NCBI GenBank assembly: GCA_049971295.1
Contig: JBMFLH010000022.1
Span: 1 to 26,429 of the forward strand
DNA length: 26,429 bases
Direction of reading: 5' to 3'
From: Candidatus Ratteibacteria bacterium
GTDB taxonomy: Bacteria; Ratteibacteria; UBA8468; B48-G9; DTJG01
Shown: piece by piece, positions 25,060 to 26,429 of the stretch
How the letters are laid out: each line of letters starts with the position of its first letter
Position numbering within the stretch: position 1 is the stretch's first letter
Translations under genes and position numbers: made by a program
Notes under the pieces: generated by a model
What the model saw: the letters and a program-made list of their open reading frames with translations, nothing else
Databases searched by the model: none
Told to the model about the DNA's origin: nothing

Positions 25060-26355
25060 TCACTTTTTCAAAAACACCTCAATCACAGGCACGCAAACAT
25101 CAGGTTTCACCACAGGAAGTATAAACGATGTCATTGTGATTTTATTTTCAGCTTTTTTTGTTCTCACAATAGGATAGTCAATTTTCTTGACAAAAACTTC
25201 TGAACCATCGTGGAGTAACTGTGCATACTCAATTCTATCTTCAAATCCTTTAATCGGTAAGAATACATAGGGCCAGGCGAAAATGTGTACATAAAGTCGA
25301 TTTGTTTCAGGATTATATGTGAGCCGGCAATCCTTCGGCGCACTAAACTCTTCAGGCGCCTTTGTACAGCCATAAATAGACCTGCTGTGTCTTTTCATCC
25401 ATTCACCAATTCCTGCAAGTCTTTCCATAGCTCTGCTATCAAATTCGCCTCTTGCAGTGGGCCCAACATTCAAAAGCAAATTTCCACCCTTACTTACTGT
25501 ATCAATCAACATTCTTATCAGTACATCAACACTTTTCCATGTCGCTTCGTCTCTATGATAACCCCAGGAACCAGAAAATGTGTGGCATGATTCCCATACA
25601 ACAGGTTTGCCGTCAACTGTAAGTGCTTCTGGAACATCAATCTGCTCAGGAGTTAAAAAGTCCCATTCGTTTTCAAGGTCAAGGCGATTGTTAATCAAAA
25701 TATGTGGTTGAATAGACCTTACCATTTTCACAAGATTTTCACTATCCCAATCCTGCCTTCCTTTTCCAACCCAGCCCTCGGGTCGGTTCTTGTCAGCGGG
25801 ATAACTGAAGTCACACCATAATATATCAATTTTCCCGTAATGGGTAAGTATCTCTCTGACCTGATTGTGCAAGTATTCCCTGTATTTGTTCATATCACGG
25901 GAACTATTGAGTTTTTCTCTTTCAGGATGGTTTCTTAATGGATGCAAACTATCAATGGTAAAATGGGGATGATGCCAATCAATGAGTGAATAGTAAAAAC
26001 CAATTTTGAGCCCCTCTGCCCTGAATGCATCAACAAATTCCTTTATTAAATCTCGTTTCGCAGGAGTATTGGTGGCTTTATAGTCAGTGTATGCTGAATC
26101 CCATAGGCAAAATCCTTCGTGGTGTTTTGTTGTTATTACCACATACTTCATTCCTGCCTGTCTTGCGGTTTTTGCCCATTGCGCAGGGTCAAAAAGATCA
26201 GGATTAAAGTGTTTGAAATAAATGTCATACTTTTCATCTGGAATTTCTTCCCTGTGCTTTACCCACTCGTGTCTTGCAGGCAAAGCGTATAATCCCCAGT
26301 GAATAAACATTCCAAATCTATCATGAACAAACCATCCTGCATCTCCTTTTCCCAT
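25060..26355 (-). CDS. Alpha-L-fucosidase (GH29)
   Basis: RFGMFIHWG, TTKHHEGF.LW, GFYYSL.DW, ILWCD (nucleophile), INNR, SWGY and GGNLLLNVGP. Confidence 0.96.
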   Translation of the reverse strand: MGKGDAGWFVHDRFGMFIHWGLYALPARHEWVKHREEIPDEKYDIYFKHFNPDLFDPAQWAKTARQAGMKYVVITTKHHEGFCLWDSAYTDYKATNTPAKRDLIKEFVDAFRAEGLKIGFYYSLIDWHHPHFTIDSLHPLRNHPEREKLNSSRDMNKYREYLHNQVREILTHYGKIDILWCDFSYPADKNRPEGWVGKGRQDWDSENLVKMVRSIQPHILINNRLDLENEWDFLTPEQIDVPEALTVDGKPVVWESCHTFSGSWGYHRDEATWKSVDVLIRMLIDTVSKGGNLLLNVGPTARGEFDSRAMERLAGIGEWMKRHSRSIYGCTKAPEEFSAPKDCRLTYNPETNRLYVHIFAWPYVFLPIKGFEDRIEYAQLLHDGSEVFVKKIDYPIVRTKKAENKITMTSFILPVVKPDVCVPVIEVFLKK

Positions 26356-26381
26356 TTATTCCCCCTTGTAAGTTTTCTTAA

Positions 26382-26409
26382 ATTATACAGCAGTGCAAAA
26401 TTATTTCAA
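26382..26409 (-). promoter_or_regulatory. Sigma70-type promoter for the fucosidase gene
   Basis: Minus strand TTGAAA, 16-nt spacer, TATAAT, followed by an AGGGGG RBS and the ATG at 26355. Confidence 0.55.
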
Positions 26410-26429
26410 TATCAGTTCTTTTTAGCCAG

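Noticed and set aside
26378..26395. ACAGCAGTG as a possible right terminal repeat pairing with the IS4 left end at 16371 (a 10-kb composite element)
   Set aside because: Only about 7 nt match, the site lies within the predicted fucosidase promoter, and the interval contains housekeeping rsfS.
1..26429. CRISPR array, tRNA or rRNA genes
   Set aside because: No regularly spaced direct repeats or cloverleaf/rRNA signatures were seen by eye; intergenic gaps are short.

Overview
AT-rich bacterial chromosomal window, probably from an uncultured anaerobe. The small dockerin-like and HAMP proteins and the CBM9, sulfatase and GH29 genes hint at an Omnitrophota/Ratteibacteria-like lineage (inference only). 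It holds about 27 genes: an arsC-like gene, an MFS transporter, pilC/gspF, yggS, a radical SAM protein, a sulfatase-like hydrolase, an SGNH hydrolase, a HAD phosphatase, a TRIC/YadS channel, a tyrS-aldolase-folP-ruvX-rnd run, plsY-like/lipid kinase/GNAT genes, a gspG-like pseudopilin, rsfS, a TPR-L,D-transpeptidase and an alpha-L-fucosidase. There are two decayed IS elements (IS1595, IS4) and an orphan dockerin fragment. The best candidate for an undescribed system is the operon at 18624-23248. It joins two exported or membrane-anchored proteins (one with a predicted mature His-Leu-Cys N-terminus and a CBM9-like domain), a Cys-rich NapH/MauN-type membrane polyferredoxin, a single-chain double-cubane-cluster (DCCP)-like reductase and its ATP-dependent activase; a ferredoxin gene follows. 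Other oddities are an ArsC with Cys->Ser at the nucleophile, a Thr-type sulfatase, a pseudopilin with a ~110-aa inserted domain, an ATA-initiated rsfS, a T-tract frameshift and several apparently leaderless genes. No rRNA, tRNA or CRISPR array was seen. All calls come from motif reading; no database searches were run.
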